DNA of 63,827 bases, counting the filler, from Chiloscyllium plagiosum (lineage: Eukaryota): the NCBI RefSeq assembly GCF_004010195.1. It is 6 parts of one record of this genome, joined end to end, with 100 filler letters (N's around TTAATTAATTAA, not from the genome) between each part and the next. Parts side by side here need not be neighbours in the genome. Positions count along the whole stretch, not along the records: positions 18,979 to 29,842 come from NC_057717.1; positions 29,943 to 40,404 come from NC_057717.1; 4 more parts are not named here. One strand, 5' to 3'. Within the stretch, counting starts at the first letter, position 1. Each line of letters starts with the position of its first letter. Position numbers and translations under genes: made by a program. Shown in pieces: positions 24,066 through 37,096 of the stretch. Under the pieces are notes generated by a model. It did not search any database. It was not told where the DNA came from and was given only the letters and a program-made list of their open reading frames with translations.

Positions 24066-25019
24066 TCCCCCCAGACACTCATCGAATTGCTATAGACAAA
24101 CTTTGTTTAACTTATCCAATCACCATGTCAATCATCCTGGCCGATACACATCATATAAATCATCTGACACTACAACAAACCTTGAGGGATTTTCTTATAA
24201 AGGTTAAAATGTCCTTCTCTGGGAGTCCTGTGTGTGGGACAGTCACTGGAGATTGATGTAGCTGTGTCAAATCCCATTCCCACTTTGACAGGCGTCAAAA
24301 CACCTATTAAAATGAATGGGCCACTATCAATCAGGATTCTGTTAAGAAAAGGCCCCGAAACAAAGTATCCCACAGAGGAGATTAAACCTTGGGATACATA
24401 AACAAACAACTCACATGTGCCCTCACGTGGTGCAGCCTGTTGACAAGGCCTCAAGCCTCAGGACTTTTCTCCTCCTGTGAAGATTGTTCTTGTCACGGCG
24501 TTTCTTGTTCTTTTCATTTTAGATGTTCACGTTGCAGCTTTTCCAACAAGGTTTGCCCTGGATATAAGAGAGAAAAGATTAGTTGAAAAGTGACTGAGAC
24601 CATGTTGAAGGAAAATTACACAGTAAGATCCAGGTTTAAAATTCACCCAACTGCCCCATCAGCAATGTATCGCATGACATCACAGCTACATTGGCATATA
24701 AACAAGACATAAGAGAGCAACTAACCAGAGGCTTGAAATATCTTCAATCTCTTAGCATAGACAGTGGGACAACAGAGTTTGGGATAAAGTTGACAGTTTC
24801 TTCTTCATATTTATTCTTAGTGAAGTGCTATTGACACCACTTCTGCAAACTAAGACACTTTGTCATGGCTGTCAGTCTGTTCCCTGTGGATGCCTCTATG
24901 CTATTGTGCTGATATTTCCCAGGCCAGGAGATTTTTCGGATCCTTCTGGCCATTGAGGAGTTAATTCCCAAGACACGGATTTGAACCGGGGTGGACAACT
25001 GTAAAAATCTCGCAATATC

Positions 25020-25780
25020 ATGTAGTAGTTCAACTGATTTGTTTGGAAGCACTAGCTTTCAGTGTGCCGCTCCTTCATCAGCTAACTCTTGATCAGGATG
25101 ATAAGACATCGATTTTACAACAGATGATTAGAGTGTCATGCAACTGAAATGATATATTGAAAAAACCTAGATTGCTGATAAGTCTTCCATCTTTTAGAAT
25201 ATGTTGCCGGTTTCTGTTCAATAAGATCTAAAACCCAAAACTTATTTTAAGTCACATTCTCGAGACAACCTAATGCTATATAAACACGGTGACATCTCAG
25301 CTCGGGCATTACATTAATGGTGAACGTTTAGTGTCTGTGCATCAGCCAACCTAGAGTCAGAATGGTTCTATATCCAAAGTAAGAATGTATAATATCTTAT
25401 ATGTATTGACTGCCTGCATTGATTGTCTCTCGATTCGATGCTTTTCAACAAAATGTGACGTGTCTGCAAATATTAACCTGCACATGAACATTCAACCAAC
25501 AGTCTAAGATGTTTGCGTGAGTGCATGAGAGAGAAGGAGTGAGTGTGAGACTGTGAGTCTGTGAGTTACGTGAGAGAGTGTGCATTTGCATGTGTGCATG
25601 CTTGGCAGAGTATATGCGTGAGTATCACACTGTTTTAACTCGTCTAGGAGAATGTACGTGGTGTGAGTGGAGCAGTTGTATCGTTTGTCCGAACCGGACC
25701 GCGTGTTTGAGAGAGGTTCTGCATAAATGTCTGAGGGCATAAGAGTGTGTGTGCTTGTGCGTGTGTATGTGACAGAGTAT
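25020..25780 (-). mobile_element. Penelope-like element 3' region (family C) with HHR motif and CA/CT-rich tract
   Basis: - strand CTGATGA-AGGAGCGGCACACT-GAAA-GCTA at 25052-25081, followed by gtgcttccaaacaaatcagttg. Degenerate (TG/GA)n at 25510-25780. Family assignment rests on recalled shark PLE termini. Confidence 0.6.
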
Positions 25781-25794
25781 ACAGTGTCGTCGTC

Positions 25795-26027
25795 TCAGGA
25801 ATATACCAACCACTACAGCGGACAGCTGAAACTGACAACCGGAAGCGGCAGGGACAGACCATTATAAACACCGGAGGAAACATCAAAGAAGCGCTTCGCA
25901 GGAGGCTCCCAAGCACTGATGATGTCGCCCAGCCAGGGGACGAAACGTTTGCAACAAATACTTCCAGCTCGGCGAACAGAACCACAGCAACGAGCACCCG
26001 AGCTACAAATCTTCGCACAAACTTTGA
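25795..26027 (+). mobile_element. Penelope/Poseidon-type pseudo-LTR (family P) with intact HHR core
   Basis: IYQPLQRTAETDNRKRQ (ORF end), then GCA-CTGATGA-TGTCGCCCAGCCAGGGGAC-GAAA-CGTT-TGC at 25913-25952. Ends cttcgcacaaactttga. Confidence 0.88.
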
Positions 26028-26029
26028 AG

Positions 26030-27730
26030 TTAAAATATGCTGTGGAAATTCTGGGTGGCAGGAGACTGCATGCTCAGGCTGCAAGGCTTGATGTGGACTG
26101 GGTACATCTCCCTGGGCAGGATCTGCACAATTGTAGTCATATATTGCTAAACCCCTGAAGAAGAGAGGGAGGGTTTTAGCTGAGTATGGAATCGTTAGAA
26201 TCAGGGAGGGTCCCAGAAATTGGAGCATGAAAACCTGGTTTAAACGGGGAGTAAGACAATAGATGGAAAATGTCAGATTGATTCGCCTATCGTAGGACCT
26301 AGCTAAGATCCTTGGAATCCATTAGTAAGGATGAGATATCTATATATTTGGATATGTTACGTAAAAGTAAACAAAGTCTGCATGGTGGAATCAAGGGGAA
26401 TGCATGACAAATCTAATACGGTTCCTTTAAAAATTAATAATCATGTTAGAGCTGGTATCGACCTGGACATCAACAGGCCTTTGAAAGGTATTGTACAGGA
26501 GGCTACTGAGTGAGATAAAGGCCCATGGTGTTAGAGGTAAAGTACTAGCATGGTAGAATCTTAGCTGTCTGGCACAAAGCATGAATGCCGATAGATGTGT
26601 CCTTCTCAGGACGGCAGCCAGTGACAAGTGATGTTCTGCAAGGCTCAATGCTGGAAAGACATCTTTTCACTTTATACGTTTACAATCGAGATGAAGAAAC
26701 TGAGAGCATTCTGATGAAGGTTGCACAGGATACAAATAGAGGTGGGGGACAGAGAGCCTTGAAGACAAGGGGAGGCCGCAGAAGGTTTTGGGCAGTTTTG
26801 GATAGTGGGCAAAGAAGTGGTGTACAACGTTAGAAAGTGAGATAGTACACTTTGGTAGGAAGAATAGGGGCATGGAATATGTTCTAAATAGGGAGAAAGC
26901 TCCGAAGTCCGACGTGTAAAAAGACTTTGGTGTTCCAGATCAGAGTTGTCTCAAGTCAAACTTGCAGGTTGCATCAATTGTGAAAGCTGATTCCGAATGA
27001 TTGGCTTTTGCCCGAAAAATCGATTATCCTGCTTTTGGAATGCTACCGGAACTACTGTGCTTTTCCAACCCCACACCCTCGACTCTGATCTCTGCCATCT
27101 GCAGTCCTCACTTTCTGCAATTAAAAAGAAGGATGTATTTCAAAGACTCTTTAAGGACATTTTCATACCACATTTGGAGTAAGGTGCGCAGTTTTGAGAG
27201 CGAGATCTCAGAAGGGAGTACTGGCCCTGGAGCATGTTCAGAGGATGTTCACAAGACTAGCGCGAGGAATAAAAATATTTACACATGAGTAACACTTGAG
27301 GCCTCTGGGCTTAAAATTCTTGAAGTATGGAAGCATGAGGTTCGGGTGACATAATTGAAACATATCGAATATCGAATGGCCTGTACAGAACAGATGATTG
27401 GAAAAAATGTTTCCAAAGGTAGGAGCGACAACAATGCGAGGGCATAGCATTTGAGTAAAGGGAAGACATTTTGGAAGGGAGCAAAGGAGAAATATCTTCA
27501 GTCAGAGAGTAGTGAATGTGTGGATTTCATTGCCACAGAAGGTTGTGAAGGTTACGTCAATCAGTAAGTTTAAGACTGAGATATATAGTTTCTTGAGAAT
27601 CAATGGGACCAAGGTTCAGGGAGAGAACGCAGGAGAATGGAGTTGAGAAAATTGTCAGTAATAATTGAATGGCTATTCAGATTCGATGGGACGAATGGCC
27701 AAATTTCGGCTCTTATATGTTACAGTCTTA
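26030..27730 (+). mobile_element. CR1 LINE, decayed, with a nested family-A PLE terminus at ~26985-27117
   Basis: QPVTSDVLQGSMLERHLFTLYV, cacatttggagt and ttcagtcagagagtagtgaatgtgtgg CR1 landmarks. The nested piece ...gcccgaaaaatcgatt...atctgcagtcctcactttct matches 2699-2900. Confidence 0.8.
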
Positions 27731-29339
27731 AATGTTGTTTCCACTTCAGATATTCCCCCCACCTACCGAAAAATAGCCTGTCTCCCCCTGAAAAATTGGC
27801 TCTCACATTCTGTACGATTAATATCAGTGGTCGTTTAATGGGGCTGTTTTGTAATTGATTATCAGCACATTCGTCCTGTGACAGTCGAAAAAAGACTTCT
27901 TACCTCCGACCTAAAAGAGACCTAGACTTGCATTGGGAACAATTCAAAAGTGGCTCCAAAGGCTCAAAGGATTACTATTTGAGGAAAAATTCGATTTTCC
28001 TTTATTGTCGTTTCGGTAAATGAATGTTATCTCATTAAAAAAATTGTTAAAAATTTGGTGGAACTTGACAGGTTAGCCGCTGACAGGATGTTTTCTCTTG
28101 TGGGGGAGTCTCAAACAAGGAAAGTCTGTTTTCAAATTGAGTCTTGTTTTACGACAGAGATGAGAAACATCTATCTTAAAGTATTGTGTTTGGTCAGCAA
28201 AATAGCAGAGCAGGCTGGGGTATTGAAAATATTCAAGGCTCAGGAACAGACGTTTTCTTTAAAAAGGATAGTTAATGAATTTAGTCATAAAGATATCAGA
28301 TGATGGAGCATTGTCGGTAGCCCGAGTGATCCAATCCGGCTCCTATTACTCATGTCCTGACTAGTCCATCGTTATATTAAACACGCACTGATTTCCAATA
28401 TCTTCTAAAAATTTCTTATTCATGTCCTTATATTTCATCTGTATCAAGGATATGTTACAGGAAAGAAGCCCAGTGTAACCTCACTCGAAACAATAATCCT
28501 GTCAAAGCACGAAATAAACACCCTTTGTTTACCATTCATTGCTTCTTGACATGGAGTCAATTTTAGATGCAAATTGAAATGTCAGCGTGGATTTTAGTAC
28601 TTGACTTTTATGCCCACTCTACCCTGTCGGACTTTGTACACAATAGTATATATAAATTGTCTATTTGAGAGTAAGATCGTGTCAGAAGGGCCATGATCAC
28701 AAATAGTTCCTCATAAATACAATAGTGAAACAAAGAGAAATATCATTCCTTTGTATGCTGGTGTGTGGGGCTCACCACAGCAAGAAATGTTTCAAATATT
28801 AATCTGTGTTAATTTCAAAATCAACTAGCACAATTACAATTGTAGAAAAGCAAATGGAAAGAGATGGGAAAAGGCGGAGTTGATGATAATGGAAAGTGGG
28901 AGATAAGCTTAAGACGGGAAAAGGGTTGAGCGCAGATACGCACAGAGAACAAGTGTTGTGTAGAAAACGGGATGTCTGAGAGGAACACCAGAGAGAACGA
29001 TTCAAATCCGTTATCCACCTCATTATACCGCAATCTGTTCATTTTATTTAGAAGCAGCAACACGTAGAGCGGTAAGTCGATCAGCTGGCTGACGGGAAAA
29101 TACTTTTATTAATAAAAAACTTTCCTTGTGCGTCAGGACCATCCATGTTTGTTTCAGTATCAGCAAGAGAGGGAGCATGGATCAAGAAGCTGACGTGGAG
29201 ATGAGTCACTAATTTTCCAAAAACAAAATCTCGTTATGAGACGGAATGCACGCAGAGCAGGATTGGAGCCGGGACTGCAGATTAAGTGAAGTGATTTTTT
29301 TGGTGTTTGCGTTACGTAAAACACTACTTTGATTGAGTC

Positions 29340-29842
29340 TCAGAGGGGATGAAAGGGAGACGCAAGGCAGGAGAGAGATACACCGTAAATTACAGGGGAG
29401 GAGAGGGTGATTGAGTGTGTGGCAGTAGAGGGGAGCGCGAGGTAATGTGTGGCAAGGGAAGAGCGAGATAGAGAGTGAGTTGCAGGGGAGGAAAGAAAGA
29501 GTGTGTGGCAGGGAAGAGAGAGAGTATGTGAGAGTATATGGCGGGGAGGAGAGAGAGAAACCAAGAAAGCGTGGCAGGGAGGAAAGAGAGACAAAGTGTG
29601 TCAGGGCAGGAGAGGGATAGAGAGCATTTGCAGAGGAGAGGAGAGGGAGCATCGGTGTGGCAGAGGCGGAGAGAAAAGGAGAGAAAGAGAGAGAGTGCTG
29701 CGGAGGAGAGAGAGAGAGTTAGACAGCGAGATAGCATTGCAAGAGAGGAGAGAAAGGGAGGCAGATGAGTCGAAAGAAAGAAAGTGAGAGAATGCCCGGG
29801 GGGAGAGAGAGAGTGAGAGGGTGTGGCATGAGACGAGAGAGA
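29340..29842. repeat. Purine-rich degenerate ~30-bp tandem repeat (gagtgtgtggcagggRagagagaga)
   Basis: Recurrent gtgtggcag/ttgcag anchors separated by GA-rich runs. Runs into a gap. Confidence 0.8.
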
Positions 29843-32800
29843 NNNNNNNNNNNNNNNNNNNNNNNNNNNNNNNNNNNNNNNNNNNNTTAATTAATTAANN
29901 NNNNNNNNNNNNNNNNNNNNNNNNNNNNNNNNNNNNNNNNNNGAATGAATACAAAAGAAAAGCCTCAATTATTGTCAAGTACAGTTGTTTTTGAGGTCGG
30001 CGTTGCTCATCATTCTAACACTATGGTCTAAGAAAGTCATATGATGACCACAGCGGAACACTGTGCTTCACTTGTAGTCAACTGAATCACCGCTGGTGCC
30101 AAAGCGGTGAACAACGAAAAAGATGCTTCTTGTACGGACCTTAGAACATCAGGAAACGTGTCATTATGCCTGTCCAGAAATCACCAAAAGAAATGTTGAC
30201 TACCACATACGAACACTGATTTTGTTTTAATCTGGCCGAAGGCACAGACATTACATGGACAACATTGTCTCCACTCGTTCAGTTATTAACTACTGTATCT
30301 TCATTATGTTTTAACTTGTTCTCGAATTTTTGACCCTCAAAACGTCTCTAGCGTAATCATGGCAAAAACATTTTGTGCCATTAACCCAAAATATTGTAGC
30401 GCTTTGCCATCATAAAAATCAGTTTATCCCATGCAAAACTGACTTCCTTCTGTTCGGGTTAAAATGATTCTAAATAAGAAATACATCCACTGTGATGCAA
30501 AATATTGTTTTATTTTTAACTTTGTGCTCCTCACGATCATGTTTGCTGTTCTTTTTGCTGGTTCACTTCTCGTTCTTTGTTTGCCTCTTTCTATCTTTTT
30601 TTTTCCTTCCGTTCTTCTTTCATTCGTTCACCCCTTCATACTTAATTTGTTTCTCTCTATCTGTTTGCAGTTACTGCCAGGGTTTGACTTTGTTTTGCCA
30701 TCATTCCCTCTCTCAGTCTGTTTCAATCATGTGTTTTTCATTTCCTCTGTCATTATCCTGTTGTGATCAACTCCTCCACATTATTGTTTTCGTGAAATTC
30801 CTGGTATGCTGTTGTATATCTGACCCTGGCATAACTATCCGACTGAATAATGAAGCATTTTCCCATGAATCTGGTTATCGTTTGTAAAATATTTGCATCT
30901 GTGGCTGATCTTCTCTAACAAGTGTTGTGATGCTCTCTGAGATTCTTTTAAACAAGAATAACGAATAAGCTCGCCCTGAATATGAACGAAATGATTATTG
31001 TCTTTCTGTGGAAAACAAGCACAACCGTGTTGTTGCTGAAATTCCAATTATCGTCAATTTAGATTTCTAAATATTGTTGCCCGTTAGATGCAGATATCAT
31101 TCCTGAGTGCATCGCATGAGTTATGAAACTGACCAGCCTCACACAATGTATTTAAAGAATGTAGCCTAGGCCCTAACATTTTGTTTTCTAATTTGATAAG
31201 CAGATGTGAGTGGATGTTCCAGATCTGATGCAGCTGGTCAAGCCACTCAGCCTTAAGCAAATGAAAACGCATTTAATCATGGCAGTTAAAACATTCCAAA
31301 TGAAAGCAGAACTTAGAATAATCTATTGGAAAACTTAACCGACCCGATACAGTAGCTATTGCTAATTAATTATTCTTATAGAATAAGATTTAACAATCGC
31401 ACCCTGGCAAAAAATGGTTAAGACAAAGACAGATTCTTGCAGACAGGAGGCAACGACATCCACAGCGAAGATCTCAAAAGAAATTCAGATAACGTTTGAC
31501 TGGAGTTTCCAACTCTCCTGGCTCGCACAACCTATGACTGTTGCAGGTAAAACAGACTAGAAAAGAAAATATGTACTTGGGGACATTAGTGCTCTCCTCC
31601 CATTATTAATGCAGACTCTTCGACAAATCTGCCATTATGACCTTCTCATTTTTCAAAGGACAACATAACTTTTGAAAAATAAAAGAAATGACTGTTTCAT
31701 TATACATGCAAAAACAGAAATCTAACGTGTCTAAAATTTGTGATAATCATATAGATGTGAAGACAAGGCTAGTATTTGTTACACACTTCCAGATAGCAGT
31801 TGCAATAATTAGCCTTGACATTATTACAGTTCCCTACAGAATCTGAATAATGCAGAGTAAGTTAACTAAGTTTAGCCTCAACAGAGATCGGATTGAATAC
31901 AATGCCACAGTTAATTGAGAAACAGCAGAGCAAAAAATTCCATTGAGGCTACCAAATAACATGGTCGTTTCTCTTCTGGACTTCAATAATTAAAGCTGTA
32001 TAATGTCATTGACGGCAATCCGTGTGACATCTTCTGATATATGATGAAACATCACAGAAGCAGATGAAACTTTATTCACGCTTCAAGTTTCTTAAGTTTC
32101 TTAAGGCATTGGAAATGACTACAGAGAAAAACATTTCGCCTCAAGCCTTGAAAAGTCAATGCACGTATGCAGCAAGACTTGGAAATAAGTTCACGTTTTA
32201 GCTCGGAATTTGCAAAAAACATTCATGCAATACATTATTTATGATGTTTGATGACATGTTTATTACTGAATCTCCCACGTGGAAAGCAAATAATATGTTT
32301 TTGTCAAGGCCACACTTCCAACTGCATTGAATTGAAATTAATTAATTAATTATTTATCCACAAAAGCCTGTCACATTTTATTCAACGATTTATGACATTA
32401 AATTTCTTCATGCAAATTGCGAGAAGTAGCATTTTCTGCAAACTGCATTGCATCAATGAACTTTGTTATTTTGACAAAAAAATCTCGTCTCGCAGTGCAC
32501 CTCAGGTCGTGACAAAAGGGCATGAGAATGAACAAGGAGCAGAGGACAAGTCCCGGCCATTCATCCCATCGAGCCAGGTGTGCCATGGCTGATGCCTTGT
32601 GAAACTCCATATTTCTACCTTTCTGTCATTTTCGTTATCAATTTGCTTCACAAACATTCACAAAATAGGTTTTCTTCGACTTAAATTATCACACGACACA
32701 GAGTCAACAGCCGTTGGTGGAAAGTACTTCTGAACATCTCCCACACTTTCTGTCCAGATGTGTGTCAACCATTTTTTCTGAACGATCGGGTCCTATTTTG

Positions 32801-33077
32801 TCTGATTATCTACAATAGTTATGGAAGCTTCAAAAGTTGGATATCGTTCACGTTCATCTCGTTTTTGTTTACTTTTCATATCTTGAATATGTTGCTTGCA
32901 ATGTCCCTTAACATTCAAATCCCGAGGGATAATAAGCGTAACTGTTGTTATTTCTACTTTGAAATTAACGTCAAGTGCGTCTATGTGCGCGAGAATGAGG
33001 GTTCGCAGAGCCAGGCAGATAATTCGTATTACCAAGAACTCTGAGACAATTGAAGTGTCATAGAGATGTGGCGTTCA

Positions 33078-33300
33078 TCATAGAATATCTTCAGCATGGA
33101 AGCAAGGCATTCAGCACATCGAGTCCATGCCATAGCTCTTACACACAAGCTGATTACTGTCATTCAGCATTCCTATGCCCAAGCCACGTAAAGTCAACAT
33201 ATTTGGACTGTGGGGGGAAACTAATGCAAACACAAGGCGAATGTGCAAACATCAAACATACAGTCGCCCAAGGCTGAAATCGATCACGGTTCTCTGGTTC
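33078..33300 (-). mobile_element. HE1-type SINE remnant
   Basis: tttggactgtggggggaaac..gaatgtgcaaac..cagtcgcccaaggctg matches 16030-16135. Confidence 0.65.
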
Positions 33301-33739
33301 TGTAAAAATGGGTTACAAAGGAGCAACCGAACCACCGAATGGAAGGCAAAGAAGAAAGAGCATATGTCGAACTGGGAACAGTCAGGGAAGGAAACAGAAT
33401 GAAAATATTGAATGAAGGTTCCTTTGTTGTTAGGCGCGATCAGATGAAACCAATTTGATTGAGATATTGAAGTGTAGAGTAACTGAGAGAAAACTACACA
33501 CGGAAAACAACATTTACAGATATTACCTAAATGAAACAGTTATACGTCACTATAGAGTGTGTCCAAATAAATTGTCTCAAACACAATGAAAACAGAAAAG
33601 AAATTCTTATGATGAACTGTACACAATACTTTATTTAACTGATTTCCTTCGAACGTTTCCATAACATATCACTTTATTTGATCGGGACAATTCAGACTAG
33701 GAATTCCTCGCCATTTGGATACTGCCTTAAGGGCTTGTT

Positions 33740-35435
33740 TGGACTCTGCAGAATCTGGTGCAAAAAAGGATACTCTGTTGGTCAGACAAAGTCTGGTTAA
33801 GTGACCTCAAACTCAGTTCTGTGCAGATCACTCAAAAAAGATGACTTCGAATGGAAGGGGGAAAGAGGGATGAATCACAGCAGTAATGCTATTTTCGTAA
33901 TGTCTAAATGGAAACTGATATTAACAAGCAAGCTTGGAAACAACGTGCGGTTACAGTTGGGTATCTGGATTAAAATTACTGAATCAACGTGAACAGGAAC
34001 TTAGAAGAGTGTCAGGGATCATACAAAATGCGATGAATGATAATGTTTTTCATGATATAAGTATTGATTGGGTGAGTCTGATATCAGCGCTGAGCAAGTT
34101 GTTGGAGGATATTCCGAGTGACAGGATTTACATATATTTGCAAATGCAAGTTCTGACTCGGCGATCGTCAGCATGGCTTTGTGCGTGGGAGATCATGTCT
34201 CACGAATTGATTGAGTCTTTTGAAGAAGTAACAGAGACGATTGATGAGTGCAAAGTGATAGACGTCATCTTTCCGGACTTTATTGTGGTGCTCGACAATG
34301 TTCCTCATGAGAGAATGCTTAATACGATTAGATTTCATAGAGTGCAGGGAGAACTAGCCGTTTGGGTATAGAACTGGCTTTATGATAGAAGGCAGAGGTT
34401 GGCGGTGGAAGCATGCTGTTCACAATGAAGGCTTGTGACCAGTGAAGTGCCATAAGAACTGGTCGTGCATCAAATGTTTTCGTTATTCATACAAATGATT
34501 TTGATGTGAACATAGGAGGCATACTTAGCAAGTTTCAGATGACACCAACATTGGAAGTATAGTGGACAGCAAAGAAGCCTATCTCAGAGCATAACTGGAC
34601 CGTGATCAGATGGGCCAATCGGCTGAGAAGAGGCAGGTTGGGTTTAATTGAGCTACATACGAGTTGTTGCATTTTCGAAAAGCAAATCGGAGCAGGACTT
34701 ATACACTAAGAGGTATGATCACGTGGAGCGTAGCTGAACAAATCGATTTAGCACTGCAGTTCTTAGTTCCTTGAAAGTTTAATCGCAGGTCGATCGGACA
34801 GTGAAGAATGGACTTCATATGCTTTCCTTTCTCGGTCTGAGTACAAAGTATTGGAGTTGGGAGTTCACTTGCGCCTGTACGGGGAAATGTTTGGGTCCCT
34901 TTTGGACCGTTGTGTTCAATTCTGGTCTCCTTCCTCGCGAAAGGATGTTGTGAAATTTAAAAGGTTCAGAAAGCACTTTCCGGGATGTGGCCATGATTGG
35001 ACTATGTGAGCTGTAAGAAGGAGGCTGAATAAGCTGGTGCTGTTTTCGCTGGAATGTAGGAGGCTAAGGGGTGACATTATAGATGTTTATAAAATCATGA
35101 GACGTATGGATAGGCTAAATAGACAAGGTTATTTTTACAGTGCCGTGCTGACATCCAGAACTAGAGGACGTAGGTTGAGGTTAAGAGAGGAAACATATGA
35201 AAGGGATCTAACGGGAAACATTTTTTCACGCAATGAGCTGGGTTAATGGAATGAACTGCCAGGGGCAGTGTTGGAGGCTGGTACAATTACAGCATTTAAA
35301 GCCATTTGGATGGCTATATGCATATGGTTTATTTGGAGTGATAAGTGCCAACTGGTGACATTTGGGACCAGATTAGGCATGGCCGAGTTGGACCAAAGGG
35401 TCTATTTAAGTGCTGTATGCCTCCGTGACTCTATC
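33740..35435 (+). mobile_element. CR1 LINE, decayed
   Basis: LIESFEEVTETIDE..IDVIFPDF..LDNVPH, gatgacacc (DDT), CVQFWSPS and RRLRGDIIDVYKIMR. Tail tgactcta. Confidence 0.88.
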
Positions 35436-37096
35436 ACTTTCTGTCTCTGAGTTGAATTTCCTAAAGTCAGTGATTTGACTTCTTTCCTTTCTAAGATACA
35501 TTGACTGTTGAACTTAGGTATCCAGAGCCCTATCTCAAAACACGACATGATGGGAAAATCGGAATCTTTATAAAATGAGGCAGGGCGTTCAAGAATACCA
35601 GATGGATATCACAGCAGATGCAGATTAATTTCAAAATGTGTGTTGCGAGTCATTTTTGTCGGACAAGTTAGTAAAATATTACATTTAACGTGTTACTTAG
35701 AAAAGGAAGCAGTTTTAAAAAAAGACAAAAGGAGTTATCCACACAAATATCCCCACTTTTCAAAAGTTCACTTCACACAACGTCACTTTTCCATAAGACC
35801 TACATTCATACCTGTTTTCGCAAAATGAAACAAATCCAAAAATACACGTTTTTCCCCTATTCAAATCAATGGTTCTTCTCTCTCCGCCATTTCAGCTTAT
35901 GGAAAGTTCATTGCAACGCTCTATTTTCGGATTGCCAGTAATACCAGCATTGAGATTATTTGATTTGGCATGGCAGATTGAGATCACAGCTCATGGAGTG
36001 CGCAACGCTTCGGCCTTTAACAAAATTAACGTAAAATGCTCAGTTAACCAAGTTATGTTGAACGTTATTTCGATGCGAATTTGATATAGTTCTGGGTCTG
36101 GTGTCACTGGATGATCACAAAGTCACTACAAGTTCAAAGAAATTCATCGTATTTGTTTCAAGGGAGGTTAAATTTAATATAAATCGTGAAAATTATCTCC
36201 ATTGACAGAAGTAGATGACGCTAATTCAAATCAATTGGTAACAGAAAGCACGTTGAAATCATGTCAAAATTATTCCTCATGGAAGGGCAGGAAATGATGA
36301 CACATGCCTTTCCCGGAAGTGTGGTCATTGTAGTTGCAATGAGGGTAACGGAAAGCAAAAGTATTTCTCACATGAAATGTGCAGACTTCTGCAAAAAGTG
36401 GAAAGAAAATAAAGTTGAGAAACCCTTCAAGATGAATTTCGCTAACCAACACGAGCCTCGGTCAGACAGACTGAATAAGATCCTTTCATCTGACCACTGT
36501 CGGATTCTGCATGCATACTTCGGTCATCCAGTACTGTTTTTGCTGTCATGCTCAACAGAATATCGCCATTAGCGAGGGCCAACTGCACTTAATGCGAATT
36601 CAATTTGATAATTCCATCGGGTGCATGTTTTTGTTAATATTATCAGGCAAGAGAATCACTATCTCGTATCTCTCACTCTGATGTCACTGCATCTCATCAT
36701 ACAATATTGAGTCAGAGAGCATGGGAGCAGGCTATTATGGTCAACTCGTCAATGCTGAACAGAACTCAGAATTAAACTAGTCCCACCCCCCAGCTCCACT
36801 TCCAAACCCTTCAAACCTCCCCTGTTCAGGTACGGATTTAAATATATTTTCAACGTTTCACTTGGATGCCGAAAGCAAACGCAAGCAACATGGTTACCAA
36901 AGGAGTAGTCCTCAGAACAAGACTTGGTAACTTTGGCAATGAGATTCCCACGTCACCCCAATTTGCTGACAATCATCAAGAGTACATCGGCATAACCAAG
37001 TGCAGAATATGCCGGCAGCCTTTCGTTCAGTGTCTCACAGTATGGCGTGAAATGAAAATTATTTCTGAACTTCAAATACTTCAGTTATTTTCATTG

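Noticed and set aside
23590..24600. Possible solo-LTR-like segments (also ~31140-31700 and ~53800-54260)
   Set aside because: Impression only. No TG..CA ends, TSD or second copy could be established.
30464..30887. Hydrophobic ORFs resembling membrane proteins
   Set aside because: Explained by T/C-rich low-complexity DNA (Phe/Leu/Ser bias), with no family motif.
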